Source: Eledone cirrhosa
Lineage: Eukaryota
Direction: 5' to 3'
NCBI GenBank assembly: GCA_964016885.1
Contig: OZ024740.1
Location: 127,782,001-127,846,000, forward strand
DNA: 64,000 nucleotides
The position numbers and the translations under genes are program-made. The notes beneath the pieces are model-generated. The model was not told the DNA's origin and made no database searches. It saw only the letters and a list, made by a program, of their open reading frames with translations. Of this stretch, positions 12,076 through 25,151 are shown one piece after another. The stretch's first letter is position 1, and each line of letters starts with the position of its first letter.

Positions 12076-15000
12076 GAATGCCATGGTTGACGGAGGCTCG
12101 GCTCTGTAAGGTATTGTAAATTTTAACCGCTATAACAATTGTAAATTGTTTTAAACTTTAACCAAATTGTAGACAAAAACACCCTCCTCCTCGTGAGAGG
12201 GGGTGTTTCTGCACGTTATTTGGTTAAATAACCGCTTATTGGGGTTTTGTGTCCAATATTTATTTTAAACAAAAAAAAACATGGATATAAAAAAAGAATT
12301 TTCACAAGTCACTCCCACTCATTCCGTCTTCTTCTTCCCCAATCGTCACTACACCAGAGAGAAGATTATATCTCTCCCTCCCTTCTCTAAATGTGTCTCT
12401 CTCCCTCCCTTCTCTTTCGCAAGCGACGCCAGTAAAGAAAAATAGTTTCCAAAATCACGTGCAAAACGTGGAACATTTCTCCACGACAACGACTACGACG
12501 AAAAACGTGTGCGGTAAATACGAAAATCCATTTCATTCGTCTGACGTCATGAATAATAGCAGCAGCAGCCGTAATAACAGCAGCAGCAGCAACAGTGAAT
12601 AGGAAAACAACAGTAGCAACCGCAACAGCATCAGCAGCAGCATAATCAACAACAGCATTAGCAGCAACAGCAACAACAACAGTAGCAGCAGCAACAACAA
12701 CAACAACCACAGCAACAGCTGCGGCGACAGTCGTAGTACCAGCAGCAGCAACAAAAGTAACAGCAGCTCTGACGACGACAACACTAACAACAAAGAAAAC
12801 CAATCTCGTTTGCAGGTATCGCAAAGAACCTACCTGGAAACCATCCTTATAACAAATGAGGAATTATAGGAAGCAAAGAAGAGGGTGACGAAAATCGGAC
12901 ACCGAGCAATCTGCAATGCAGCCGAAACATTTTTCGAAACCCAACAGCACTGTACGATCAAGTACCGTACAGTAAGCACAAAATCCCGTAAGGTTGAAAG
13001 GGTCACAGAGGCTCAAATACAAAAAGCCTTAGGGGCTGTTTGGCAGCGGAAAACTCATATCACCCGAGGCAAGAAATATGCCACTTTGGACGTGCTTTTT
13101 GCCACACCCCAGGAGGCAAAGGCTCAATCTTTAGTGACCCTAAGGACCAAGGAAATGGTGTTTGTGCCCTCCTACTGCATACACAAAATTGTGAGGGTCA
13201 AACTGACACCCCCCCGCGTCTGTCCCCGTCGGAATCGAGGACAAAACAACTGTACTGCAAGTACAGAAAAAAGTACGAGAACATTGGGTCGGCACCTCCA
13301 TTGAGATGTTAATCCAAACCAACCAGGAGTGCATCGAAGCTATCCCGGATGTGATAGACTTCGATACGGCACTCACCTGCCCATAAGTGTTGAGGGCAAA
13401 CGCCCGAAATGCTTTTGCTGTGGATCGAAGACTCACTTCAGAGCCTTCTGCAATGAGAACACCCTGAGAAAGGAGAAAACCCCCTCCTTCCGAAACCAGC
13501 TCCACTGCTACCAGCAACAGGACAGGCGGCAACCAGGAACGATAGGTCCGTGGCACCCATACCCACGCCACGGAAATCAAGAACAGCAGTAGCAGGGGAA
13601 GTATTAACAACAACAACAGCAATACCAACTGCAACTGCAACAGAGACTCCACTGCAAACATCACCAACAACAACAAGTGAAAGAGTGGAGCTGGTACCCC
13701 TACCCGACCTCACAGAATCTACATGGAGTGTGAGGTGCGAGAGGGATGGCAAAGGTCGCAAGAAGGCACAAACGCAGAAGCAGCGCATCGTGGCCTTCGA
13801 AAAGGGAGGAAAGAAACGAAAAAAGGGTAAAGGCTACTGCAAAAAGACTTACAGCAGCAACACCACCAACACCATCACAACCCACACTAGCACCAATGGC
13901 TGCAACCCCACAGCCAACAACAATAACACCTTCAACACCACCACCACAAGCACCAACATCGCAAACACAACAAAACACACACCCAGCAACAACGACAAGA
14001 AAATAGCAGAACCCCACGTCACCCCCAGAAAAACAAATGCACAGCAATAAATACACACAACAAGAAATTAATGACTTACATAATTGAACACAGACATTTC
14101 ACAGCACGACTACATAATATCAGCACCAATCAAAACCCCAACGAATATAAGACTGGTAAAAATAGCACAGAAACAATACACAAACATTAAAACGAAATTC
14201 CCCAATACAGTTGGTGATTTCAGAGGCCTAGGAGGGACACTCAACCAGAGTGTATATTCGGATATACTCACAGAAGAGCAGACGACCAGCCGAAGGGGCA
14301 ATTCAACGGTCCCGTCACCAGACGATCAATTGAAACGGGATGGAGAAACCATCCTTCCTCTGCGACAAGAAGTAACGTAAGTGGTCTTTCCCATCTTTTC
14401 CACTCCATTTCAACATGACCTCACTCAGAATGAGCAGCATAAATGCGCGTGGCTTGGGGTAGTCATGGAAGCAGGGCCACCTGCTCAACGACCTCAGGTC
14501 ACTAAACATAGATGTAGTGGATATCAGCGAGACCAGAATCTCCGAAGCATGGGCCTTCGCGCAGATCTTCGGTGGCTACGATGTGTACGCATCTCTCAGC
14601 CGTCCTGGCTCGGGGGGGGGGGGGGGGTAGATGCTGTGCTTTTTCAGAGAGGTTTGGATCTCGCTATACGGGCCATCTTCCCGGACCCAGAAGGTAAGTT
14701 GGTGGTGCTGGACGTGACCAGCGGAAAAGGGCAAGCATTCAGGCTAGTGGCCGTCTATGCCCCGTCAGGAGAATGGCGGCCTGATTTCTTCTGGCGTCTG
14801 GAGACCTTTCTAGGAACGTCCCGCTCTTTAGTGTTAGTGGGCGACTGAAACGCGATCTTAGATGCACGCTGGGACTGTGTGGGATTAGCGGATAGAGGAG
14901 GAGGGTGCAAGAGCCTCACCAACCCTCTCAGGCGTTGTGAACTGTCTGACAGGTACCGATTGGATTTCCCGAATGTGCCAATGTGGACTAGGTCAATCCG

Positions 15001-18000
15001 CATAGGGTCATCCAGATGATATCTAGATATAGTATGTTGTAGGGAAATAGATAGTTCTAGCATAAGCTGTTCACAATTCAAGATAGTCAGCTACACGGAC
15101 CACAAATTCGTGATCTGTGTCCTTCACTTAGATAGGCTTCATAGACGAGTACCCGGCTACTGGAAGCTAAACACGTCCTTACCAGCTCGCAAGGCCTACA
15201 GAGACCGGATTTGCGAACTAGTTAAGCGAGCTTTGACGGGGGCCATCGTCAACAACATGTGGTGGTTTGCTCAGAAAAGAGCGATTATAATAGAGTACAT
15301 TAGGTTTAGTAAGTCTTTAGCTATAGAGAAAATAGAGCAGAGGGAGAATTAGTTAGAAAATTAGACGAGGCGCTTAGCAAAGGCATCGCTACCGACGTAC
15401 TTGCGGCGAAAATGGCCCTTGACCAATTCTTCAATGCAAAGCACGAAGGCTGCGTTGTCAGAGCTAGGGTGCGTGCTCTCAGGCACGAGGGGACGAAAGC
15501 CGTTCAATGGGCCCGAGTGGCGGAGACTCGTCGTGGCAACAAAGCCACGATCCGGTCTTTGGTGGACCACGACGGGCGCATGCTACTCGATCCCGGGCAA
15601 ATGTCTGAAGCTTTTCAGCGACACTTCGCTCAAATGTTCGGGGGCAGCAGCGGGCCTGATCGAGGGATGGACTTTAGTGTCTACCTCGACGGACTGCCGC
15701 GGCTCTCGGCCACTGACGCGGGGTGTTGCGAAAAGCCTATAACAGCCGCTGAAGTACGGGAGGCAATGACTGGCTCCACAAGGGGTAAATCGCCTGGTTT
15801 GGATGGTCTGCCCTATGAACTTTACGTACAAATGCCAGACTTGTTCGAAGGCCTCTTGGCGGACGTCTACTAAACTGGCAACAGAACGGGAGAAATCCCA
15901 ACTCTGTGAGCCGAGGAGTTGTGGCGCTGCTAAGAAAGGATCCGAACAAGAGGCATAACATAGATAATTTAAGGCCCATGACTCTTCTAAACACAGAGTT
16001 CAAGATTTTGGCCAAGGTGTTAGCAAAGAGGTTGGCGGTTTTCGTTGGTGGTCTGGTGGAAGAGGCGCAGACATGCGCCATTCCCGACAGATCCGTCCAC
16101 GACAACCTCCACCTCATGCGATACATCGTAGAGAGGGTAGCTAGGGAATCTGGCACGGATGGGTCCTTGATCAATTTAGATCAGTGGAAAGCTTTCGATA
16201 GGGTCGACCATCGTTACCTAGCGGCAGTCCTGAGGGCGGCTGGCTTTGGGCCCGTCTTCAGAGGCTGGATCTCTGCCATACACAGCGATATCTGCTCTGT
16301 GGTGAGAGTGAAAGGTCATCTTTCGGAACCGTTCAACATCATGCGCTCGGTCCACCAAGAATGTCCCCTCTCGTCACTCTTGTACGTATTGACTCTCGAG
16401 CCATTACTGCACACACTGAAGACGTTGAGCGGCGTCGCGCGAACTAGGATGCGGCAGATCCGTGTCAGCATATGCGGACGATGTCACCGTAGTGGTGTCG
16501 AACGCCAAACACATCGAGGCGATCGGAAGTACACGAAGAGAATACGAAGCGGTGACAGGAGCAATGATCAACCAGGAAAAGTCTGTGGGCCTGCAGCTCG
16601 GCACCTGGAGAGGCAGGTCCCTGCCGTCCAACAGCGTCGTCGGGCACTGGACGGATGGACCGGTTAAATTGTTCGGGGTCTGGTTCGGTCCGAATGTCCA
16701 GACGGACAATAACTGGGACGAGGTGACGATCAGGGTGGCTTCTCTCACCCAGAAATGGGCCGAGAAGAAGCTATCCCTGAAAGGTCGAGCGGAGGTGGTT
16801 AACGCGTACATCGCGTCTGTCATCTGCTACCGCCTGACCGTCGTACCTAGTCTTGAGTCCCGCCTGACTGCGCTGGAGCGTTTGCTCTTTCGCTTTTTGT
16901 GGAAGGGACACGCTCCGATGGTCAGTCGGTCTATCTGTTGTCAACACCCGCTTCGTGGAGAGCTGGGCATGCCGTGGCTGATGATGCGCAGACACGCGCT
17001 CAGGCTATGACATCTCCACCTCTTCCTCGGCGGTGATCAGGTGTGATCGCCGTTTGCTAGACACGTCTTTCCCCAGCTCGTTTCCTTGACGGAGCTGCAG
17101 TCCTGGGTCAAGCGAAGACCGAGATGGAGCGCTTGGAGCCTGGAATGTCTTCAGGCGCTCACAGCCCTCGACCAATCGGGCAATGTGATCGGTGGAAACT
17201 CCATGTCGGCGTTCTATAGAGGATTAGTGGAGGGGAAGAGCGACGACGTACTTGGGGAAACTCTAGGCGTCGACGAAAATCAACTAGCCAATCTCTTCAA
17301 AAGAACTTTCGTGCCGGGGCCTATGGACAACTTCCAGAAATTCCTGGTCTGGCAGTGCTACCGAGGAGCCTTGCCAATTCGGGATAAACTCTACAGGCAT
17401 GGAGGTGCCGTCAGCCGAGCATGTCCGAGATGCGCGCAGGGCGACGAAACCGTCCTGCAGGCACTCGTCCAGTGTCCGAGAATTGCTCACTTGTGGGTTT
17501 ATGTCGAACACCTGCTGTCGCGTGTAGAACGGTACAGCTATCAGCTGAGTCCATCGTGAGGATTGCCCCGCCATCTTGCTTTAGCCGGGAAGGGCAGGCA
17601 GTTTTTATCTGTCTGGTGGCCATGGCGAAAGAGATAGTATGGTGGACACGTTTGAAAGGGCTGAAGACGAGCACTTACCTCTTCGGTAATGCCCTGATTG
17701 ACTTTTTCAAATTTCATTTGAAAAGGAAAATCAGAGTAGAGAGGGAAGTGCTTTCTTCCAAGCATTTTGTTGGAAGATGGGTGAGAGAAGCAAGTATGGC
17801 CCGAGTGAATGGGCCTACTCTGAGTATGTGTCTGTAAATTAAAGGTGGAAAACTGGGAGAGGGCACTTGCCTTGGTGGTCAGGATCACTGTGGCCTTTTA
17901 ATGGGCTTTCTCCACAAATGTCCCTCGGAAGTCTCCCCCCTATTGGGGAATTTTTCATTGTTATTTTTTTTATTACATCCTCTGTTTTTGTTTTTTACAC

Positions 18001-18106
18001 GCAGAAATGCCAAGTTGTATTGTCCTGTACTGTCCTTAATGTCTACTTTATGTAAACCCTTGTGGTTAATAAAGAAAGCATTATTAATATTATTATTATT
18101 ATTATT
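12076..18106 (+). mobile_element. Full-length, degenerate Tx1/L1-like LINE copy 3 (about 6.0 kb)
   Basis: ORF1 remnants (about 12281-14370) include RPKCFCCGSKTHFRAFC. ORF2 runs from ATG 14415 to stop 17837 with APE, RT (DQWKAFDRVDH, SVHQECPLS, SAYADDVT) and CPRC zinc finger. 3' end CCCTTGTGGTTAATAAAGAAAGC(ATT)n. (ATT)n on both sides. Confidence 0.93.
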
Positions 18107-18779
18107 GGTAGTAGTATTAGCATTAGCAGCAACTGTAGTAGTAACAGCAGTATAATCAGCATCATCATTATTATTGTCTCTGTTCTGTTGATAATTACTT
18201 TAGATGCACGCGTTTCACAGAGGCCAATTTTAAACTGATTTCGTCCGGGATTTCGTCCGGGATTACTTGAAAGAAGAGTCGAAATTTAAAAAATATATAT
18301 TTTCATTTTCTCAGAAAGAAGACGAACGAAGAATTTCAGAATATCTAAACGTTCATCCTATAATCTGGGAGGGAGTAAGCACAATGTTCATCCTTATATA
18401 TATTACTACTGACATATATTTGCAAACATTCTGTTGGCATTATTAGAGATTCAGCATGAAAAACTATATATTAAAGGGAAGATATGCTATCAACACTACT
18501 AGTTGCAATGACTACTCCTCAAACGTTTTGCAGAGACGAAAGAATTTTAGTAAAGGAAGAAAATATAAGGATGCCAATTAATCAAACATATTGATAAGTA
18601 CAGTTTCAGTATTCGAACTTTTAAAATTAAATATCAATTTAAAGGACCAATAGAGTTTCAATGAATCAACATTTACATTGAATCAACATTTCCTAGCTTG
18701 AAATTAAATATATGCAAAAAACACATATGTGCAAGAGGTACACTAACAAGCGTACTTCTTTGAGGAATGTTTTCAAGAA

Positions 18780-19700
18780 AGAAGAATATGTGGCTCAACA
18801 AAATAACGCTGGTGCCTCGTGTCGCAAACAAAGCCAACTTTTGCAAAGATAAATTGCCTATAGAAGTTTCATCTGATGATCGGCAGAGGCCTTTGTTCAG
18901 TTTGGCGATTTTTTTTGTCGCAGACCTTTATTCTCCTCAGTTCAATAATTTCTTTCAAAAGGTACTACACCGATATTAATAAATTGACGTTACATTGTAC
19001 CTTTTGCTGCATCTTATGTTCAGGACTTAGACTCTATACTAGTGCTCCTCATCGTCTATTTCAAGTGGTCATTGTAGCATTGCATAGAGCGCCTGAGTGA
19101 TCTTTTCTCTGGGTTGAGTTCCTTTGAGACAATCTGTAGTGCGTGTCTGATGATTTTAAGCGACAAACGTAGGTTACGGTTGAAATAATCATGACTATGC
19201 AGGTACTACTTCAATTTATCATATCCACAGGATGAGGTTAAAACGCATTTTTAAAGACCGGCCACCATTTTGGATGAGAGACAAAGGGACGTTGATGGGT
19301 CCAGGTGACTTCCTTATTTACATCATTCTGATGGCATCGCTGGATTCACGAAAAGATGGAGTGTCCCAAATTCATGATTGAGGAGATCTCGAGGCACTGT
19401 TCTATATAATATTATGTTGGAGTGAATTTCTATTTAAGAGAGCACTTGCATGATCCTTCCAGCTGTTGAGGATGCTTTAGCTGTCTCTAAAAAAGTTGGC
19501 GTTGTCGGCAGTCTTCAGAATTCCCGTTAAAAATCAATTTGGGTCATATACTTCGATGGTGTTGGCATAGAAATCTCTATGGTTCTTGGTGTCTACATAT
19601 TGCTAAAGCTTTATAGGCTTTCCTTTCCACCAGTTGTTATGCAAATCTCTATTTCGCATTTGATATATCCGCTTATTGTCTTGAAAGCGTTGTTCTTCAT
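18780..19700 (-). mobile_element. Highly decayed RTE-like LINE relic
   Basis: Minus-strand translation remnants SILNSWKDH, KSPGP and LIQNGG match the pre-RT region of RTE/BovB-type ORFs. Many indels. Confidence 0.45.
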
Positions 19701-19710
19701 GTTAGTAGAT

Positions 19711-19792
<82 letters not shown>

Positions 19793-19811
19793 CGCATATA
19801 TATATATATAT

Positions 19812-20372
19812 ATAAATGGAAAAAAAATGAAATTCCATTTCTCACTCTTAGTACGGCTGATATTTAAATATAAGTATGTATACGTACATATATATATATA
19901 TGTATACAGACGTACAGTAGTATGTATATACATACATGCACACACATATATATATATGTACGTATGGGTTTACCGAACATTTATTATAATGCTCGGTTTG
20001 TTTGTAAACAAACAGCCCGAATTATTAGCCGTAGCCGTAGAGTGTTCGGCAACCATCGCCGCCCTATTTGTTCAACACTGACAACGGAACGATGAACTAG
20101 TTTCTAGCTTATTAGCAGTCATCAGCACCGTATACCTTCCTGTCAGTCGATTGAACGTTTGAAAGTATAGACTTTCCTTATGCATATTAACGTCTGAGCA
20201 GCCTAATTTGCATATCTAGTGAATTAGTCGACCGGGCGTACCGAAAACGATAAATGGAAAAAATGAAATTTCATTTCTCACTCTTAGTACGGCTGATACT
20301 TAAATATAAATATGAATATGTACATACATATATGTATACAGACTACAGTAGTATGTATATATATACATGCAC
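19812..20372 (-). mobile_element. Non-coding unit of about 440-bp period with terminal direct repeats and an internal hammerhead (non-autonomous PLE or retrozyme-like)
   Basis: Direct repeat 19812-19942 / 20251-20372. HHR at 20090-20130. Starts directly after a (TA)n tract. Confidence 0.6.
20090..20130 (-). ncRNA. Minimal type-I hammerhead ribozyme
   Basis: Minus strand CGGUG-CUGAUGA-CUGCU AAUA AGCUA-GAAA-CUAG-UU-CAUCG. Stem I CGGUG/CAUCG, palindromic stem III ACUAGU, GUU cleavage site. Confidence 0.8.
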
Positions 20373-20503
20373 ATAGCCGTCGAAACGGGTTTCGCTCTGC
20401 CGTCGGGGTCATACATTTTCCTATTACCCTCTCTACTATCCTGAGTATTGAGTACGCTGGCGCGTTATGGTCCATCTGGTTCCTTACTACAATTGCTTCG
20501 TTA
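20373..20503 (+). mobile_element. Solo pLTR fragment of the 58.7-63 kb PLE family (3' half of its hammerhead)
   Basis: Matches 59687-59815 and the reverse complement of 58659-58789. Followed by (TA)n. Confidence 0.8.
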
Positions 20504-20514
20504 TATATATATAC

Positions 20515-20566
<52 letters not shown>

Positions 20567-20967
20567 GTATGTGTGTGTATCTTATTATTTTGTCCCACCT
20601 CCCTTACGGTCGAGTGAATATTTTGGTCAAATATCTTACTTGCCAAACGTCCAGCATTTACCTCAATTCTGCGACAGTTATACCACGTGATATTTCTCCC
20701 TATCGAGAATTTTACACTTGTCGCCGTCAGTTCAAGAATTAGTCGTTTCATTTGAAGGGCCTATGAAACGGCCGATAGTGTCACAACCCTAGCGCACTTT
20801 GGTTGTTCTCTGGCTGCATATCTTTAGGCCAAACCGTACAGTAGGGACTTTGAAGATAGAATTAGCTATATATTCGTCTATTTTCTCTTCGCATTTATAA
20901 TTGTTGTATAGTTATTGAGCAAAACTGGTAAAGATGGTCACCACACACACAAACACAGACACAGACA

Positions 20968-21022
<55 letters not shown>

Positions 21023-21151
21023 ACACATACACACACATATATATATATATATATGTATACATCTATTTATAATTATATACACACATATATATGCGTATAT
21101 ACATATATATATATATAAACATATATGCATTATAAATATATATATATAATT

Positions 21152-21295
21152 AGGATTTGGCTTCAGGCATAGCTGTATACAGAAATGTATAGAAATTTCG
21201 TATTTCTAAGGAAACACGGTATGTTTACGTTAAACATTTCGAAATACGAAATTTCTATGCATCTCTGTATACAGCTATGCCTGAAGCTAAATCCT
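21152..21295. repeat. Inverted repeat with about 55-bp arms at the start of a pLTR-like element
   Basis: 21152-21206 is the near reverse complement of 21241-21295. Confidence 0.85.
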
Positions 21296-21413
21296 TATTC
21301 TATTCTATTATAAGTTGAGCCAACTCATGCAGCTTCATATGCAAATGAGATTAATCACCTCATTTACACAGACGAGAAAAATATATATTCTCGATAGTCG
21401 CAAGTGTGCGAGG

Positions 21414-21459
21414 GATTGTCTTGATGAGGACCAGTTATATCCGAAATGTTTAGATGATT
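21414..21459 (+). ncRNA. Degenerate type-I hammerhead
   Basis: GAUUGUC-UUGAUGA-GGA..UCC-GAAA-UGUU-UA-GAUGAUU. 7-bp stem I; C3>U change and eroded stem III. Confidence 0.5.
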
Positions 21460-21527
21460 GTCCACCTTGCTGTCGAATCTAGCTGTTGAAACAGCCAAAC
21501 CTCAACCCTCGGAGTCCTGACTCTTTT

Positions 21528-21596
<69 letters not shown>

Positions 21597-22117
21597 CTGT
21601 CTGTACGTACAGACACACACATATATATATATATATACGCGTGTATGTGTCTGTATGCGTGTATGCATCCCCATTTCTTTCCTATAAATTAATACTGCTT
21701 ACTTGGGTTCGTGTGGCCACTATTGAAAGTATTATAATTATTGTTCCTGAATATAATTAAAAAAGGAACAATTGTACAAAAACTGTATTATTCAATTTGT
21801 TTGCCCTAAATCACATTACGTTTGAGCGGTAACTGAACTAATGGATTATATTTTATTTATAACATTCAGCAGACTGTCATTATAATTGTTTACACTATTT
21901 AGCCAGTACTTAACACTTCTATACATCAACATTCATTGATACACATATCTAATAAATACACTGATTTATGCACTCATAGTCACATAAACACACAGAACTA
22001 TGATATATTAATATATATCTGTATACTTATATTGTATTGAAGAATGAACTCTTGATAACATTCTTTACTTTTTCTATACCTCACGCCTAGTGTTTGTTTT
22101 TCCTACACATATATGAA

Positions 22118-22164
<47 letters not shown>

Positions 22165-22266
22165 TCACACAATTGAAGAACGTTGGTCGATTGAAAATCT
22201 ACCAACTTTTTTTATCAGAAGTTAAGCACTCCACGATTTGTGTTCATCTGGAATTTTAATATAATA

Positions 22267-22440
22267 ATTGTTTCTACTTTTGGCACTAGACCAGGAATTA
22301 CCCAGTACATTACTAGTACTTTAATTTATTGACTCCGTAAGGATGAAAGGCAAAGTTAACCTCGATGGGATTTGAACTCACACCGTAAATAGGCGTAACT
22401 AAAGCATGGCGTCCGACACTCTACCGATACTGCCAATTCA
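22267..22440 (-). mobile_element. tRNA-derived SINE copy
   Basis: Same family as 7381. A-box TGGCAGTATCGG and B-box GAGTTCAAATCC on the minus strand. Confidence 0.88.
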
Positions 22441-22889
22441 AATAATATAGAAGAAAGAGGGTTTCTTTGTTCATCCTTGCTTATTTTCTGAAACGTATTT
22501 CAAAGACGTATGACAGTTGCATAACAGCTGCCCAACGTGTTCTCTGTAGACTAAAATTCACACGGGATGTAAATATCCATACGAGTAAGTCCTTTCGCTG
22601 ACCAGTAAGCATATTTCCGAAAAGTTTCAAGTAGTAGTTCTTATATGTGTGGGGGATAGATATTCCAATTGGCGTTGCTGTGTGTGAACTGGCTAGGGTA
22701 TTATGCTACCAGATAGGTTGCATGATTCCTAGTGACGCATGTATGAACTGTTAACCTATTTTTTATGTATTTTTTTATACTCGGTTCTATTCACTTAGAT
22801 ACTAATTCTGATGTTAGATATTTGGGAATTACTCGTATGACCGGTAACATATCAATGGATATTTACTTCTCGTATGAATTTTATATATA

Positions 22890-23226
22890 TTACTATTTCA
22901 GAGCTCCAATTCTAATTTTTAATTTCTGCCTGACCAACAACCGCCCTGTATAATCAGTTCCTGATTATTTACTAGAATTCTATAAGAATATAACATCAGA
23001 GATCTCAGCAGACAGGAGGGAGTAGTTAGCCTTGATAAGCATCAATAAATGCGAAACAAGGTCTTGTCGGCTTATCTCCCCTGTTTGCTGAGATTAAAGT
23101 AAGTGTCACTACTCTAAAACAATAGCATACGGTTTTCAAAATGCTTTTAATTAAGCATAAAATGTATTGCAAAATACATTATATATACATCCATATATAT
23201 ATTGCTATTTCAGAGTTCCAATTATA

Positions 23227-23231
<5 letters not shown>
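22890..23231 (+). mobile_element. Non-coding unit of 312-bp period with short terminal direct repeats and an intact hammerhead
   Basis: TTACTATTTCAGAGCTCCAATTCTAATTTT at 22890 recurs as TTGCTATTTCAGAGTTCCAATTATAATTTT at 23202. Both are preceded by TA repeats, and the unit is followed by (TA)n. Confidence 0.6.
23002..23094 (+). ncRNA. Type-I hammerhead ribozyme, U3-A8 core, extended stem I
   Basis: AGCC-UUGAUAA-GCAU CAAUAA AUGC-GAAA-CAAG GU CUUG-UC-GGCU, with a GUC site at 23066-23068. Distal stem AUCUCAGCAGACAGG / CCUGUUUGCUGAGAU lies beyond an internal loop. Confidence 0.88.
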
Positions 23232-23288
<57 letters not shown>

Positions 23289-24800
23289 GGTGTTGGATGT
23301 TTAAAGCGTCCGTATGCGGTAGGCCGTATGAGCACTCAATGCCCTCGTAGAGCAGAGTATATCACAGAAAAAAGAGAATCAGTGTTGCGACGAAAGGAAT
23401 TTATAGGACATATTACAATTGTTTCTCGGGCGACCAGCTCGAGGCACGATCTATATGACTCTGAAATCGCGCGGTCGTCGGATACGTTTCGATTCTACGA
23501 AGCAGATTTTCCTATTCTCCTTTAACATCGAATTTCTTCGTTTGTTGGTTTAGATCCTGTTATTGTCATTCCATATGTGGTCAAGAATTGTACATGTCAC
23601 GGGTATTTCTAGCCTCTAAGGTTGCCCACTTCTTGATTCTTCTCGTTCTCCACATGTCAGTCAAAATTTCTTCATGTATTAGAATTACTACTGTGGTGGG
23701 GGAGGGCATGTAATCTTGAACGGCTGGCATCACTTCGACGTCTTCATTGCTCCTAGGCGCCTTAGTCTACATCGGTCAAGTACACACCCGCAATTATGTT
23801 GTATGCGGCATTCATCATAAATAATATTTTGCGGGAATTTAAAATAAACAAATCAATGGAATATTTAGCATAACAATTGCTGGACACAGCCTTAGAATAC
23901 CCTCCACCATACATATTTTTAAAAAGAAATATAAAAAGAAAAAACCTGTATCAAGAACGTTTTTAAAAACGTTTTTAAAAGAAAGCTTTCAACAGTCATT
24001 CAAAGAGAAGGGCTATATCAAAGGTGTTTTCAACAAATACACCCAATTCTACACTCACACACTAGACTCAGGGGAGTGCGCATAGCCAAGACGCCGCACA
24101 TATTTAGACATGTGAGAAAAGAAAACTCCATGGCAAGTCATCCGTACTCCTACGCAGACATGCTCAGACAAATACATCGACCCAGGCATGCGCACACCCG
24201 TGTTCATGCATGTCTGTGTGGACACACAGACATACATGCACCCGCGTGTTCCCATACCGGGGGCATATACTTGATGAGTACCCGCTCATCTGTCTTCCCA
24301 CGCGCCGCTGTGTAAGTGGTGCACACAGTATTGTATGAGACAACGCATTTGAGGCTTTGACTCAACCCGATCACGTGGCGGTGTAAGTCCGAAGGTGCCT
24401 GCTCAATATGCCTAAATGTTAGGGCAGCACAATCCCCCTGCACTAATCGTATATAGCGTGGGTGGCACATATATAAAACGTTTCCTACCTCATAGAACAC
24501 CTTATAGCAAATATATATATATATATATAGCTTCGGACAGACTGATAATACACACACACACACACACGCGCGCACATTCTTATGCCCGTGCACGAGTATA
24601 GCTCTTTTTACAAAACATTTTTTCCATTTTCGGTAGACGCGCTCCATCCATCTTTTCTAAAAAATAAATCATACACAAAACACTAGCACCATCAGTTTTG
24701 CAAGAGATGTCAACATGAATGGACCTTTTATTTTTATATAAAGATATTTCTTCAAATTCCAACCCACCTGTCCCCTCAATCTATCTTATTTCACATTCTT

Positions 24801-24836
24801 TCTTCTGATGAAGGACTAGCGTCCGAAACGTTAAGA
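24801..24836 (+). ncRNA. Minimal type-I hammerhead ribozyme
   Basis: UCUU-CUGAUGA-A-GGAC UAGC GUCC-GAAA-CG-UU-AAGA. Palindromic stem III (ACGU), as in dimer-type PLE hammerheads. Confidence 0.85.
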
Positions 24837-24921
24837 CACCCTTCCTGATATATCAAGCGTTAATCTAATATATCCCTTCCAGATACTGTACCGATTGTGT
24901 TGTTCTTTCCGTTTACCTATT

Positions 24922-24989
<68 letters not shown>

Positions 24990-25093
24990 AATGATAGGAA
25001 GGCCATCTATATGACTAGTTGTTTCATTTGTAAGCAATCATTATGCCTATACTGTTTAACACTAGACGTCATCCACGTGATATTACAATTTCT

Positions 25094-25151
<58 letters not shown>

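Noticed and set aside
12387-12824. Hydrophobic Ala/Val/Leu-rich minus-strand ORFs resembling membrane proteins (also 56445-56910)
   Set aside because: They are readings of CAG/CAA/TAG trinucleotide repeats.
23291-23527. Possible solo LTR (TGTTGGA...TTTAACA)
   Set aside because: No target-site duplication, second copy, PBS or PPT is visible.
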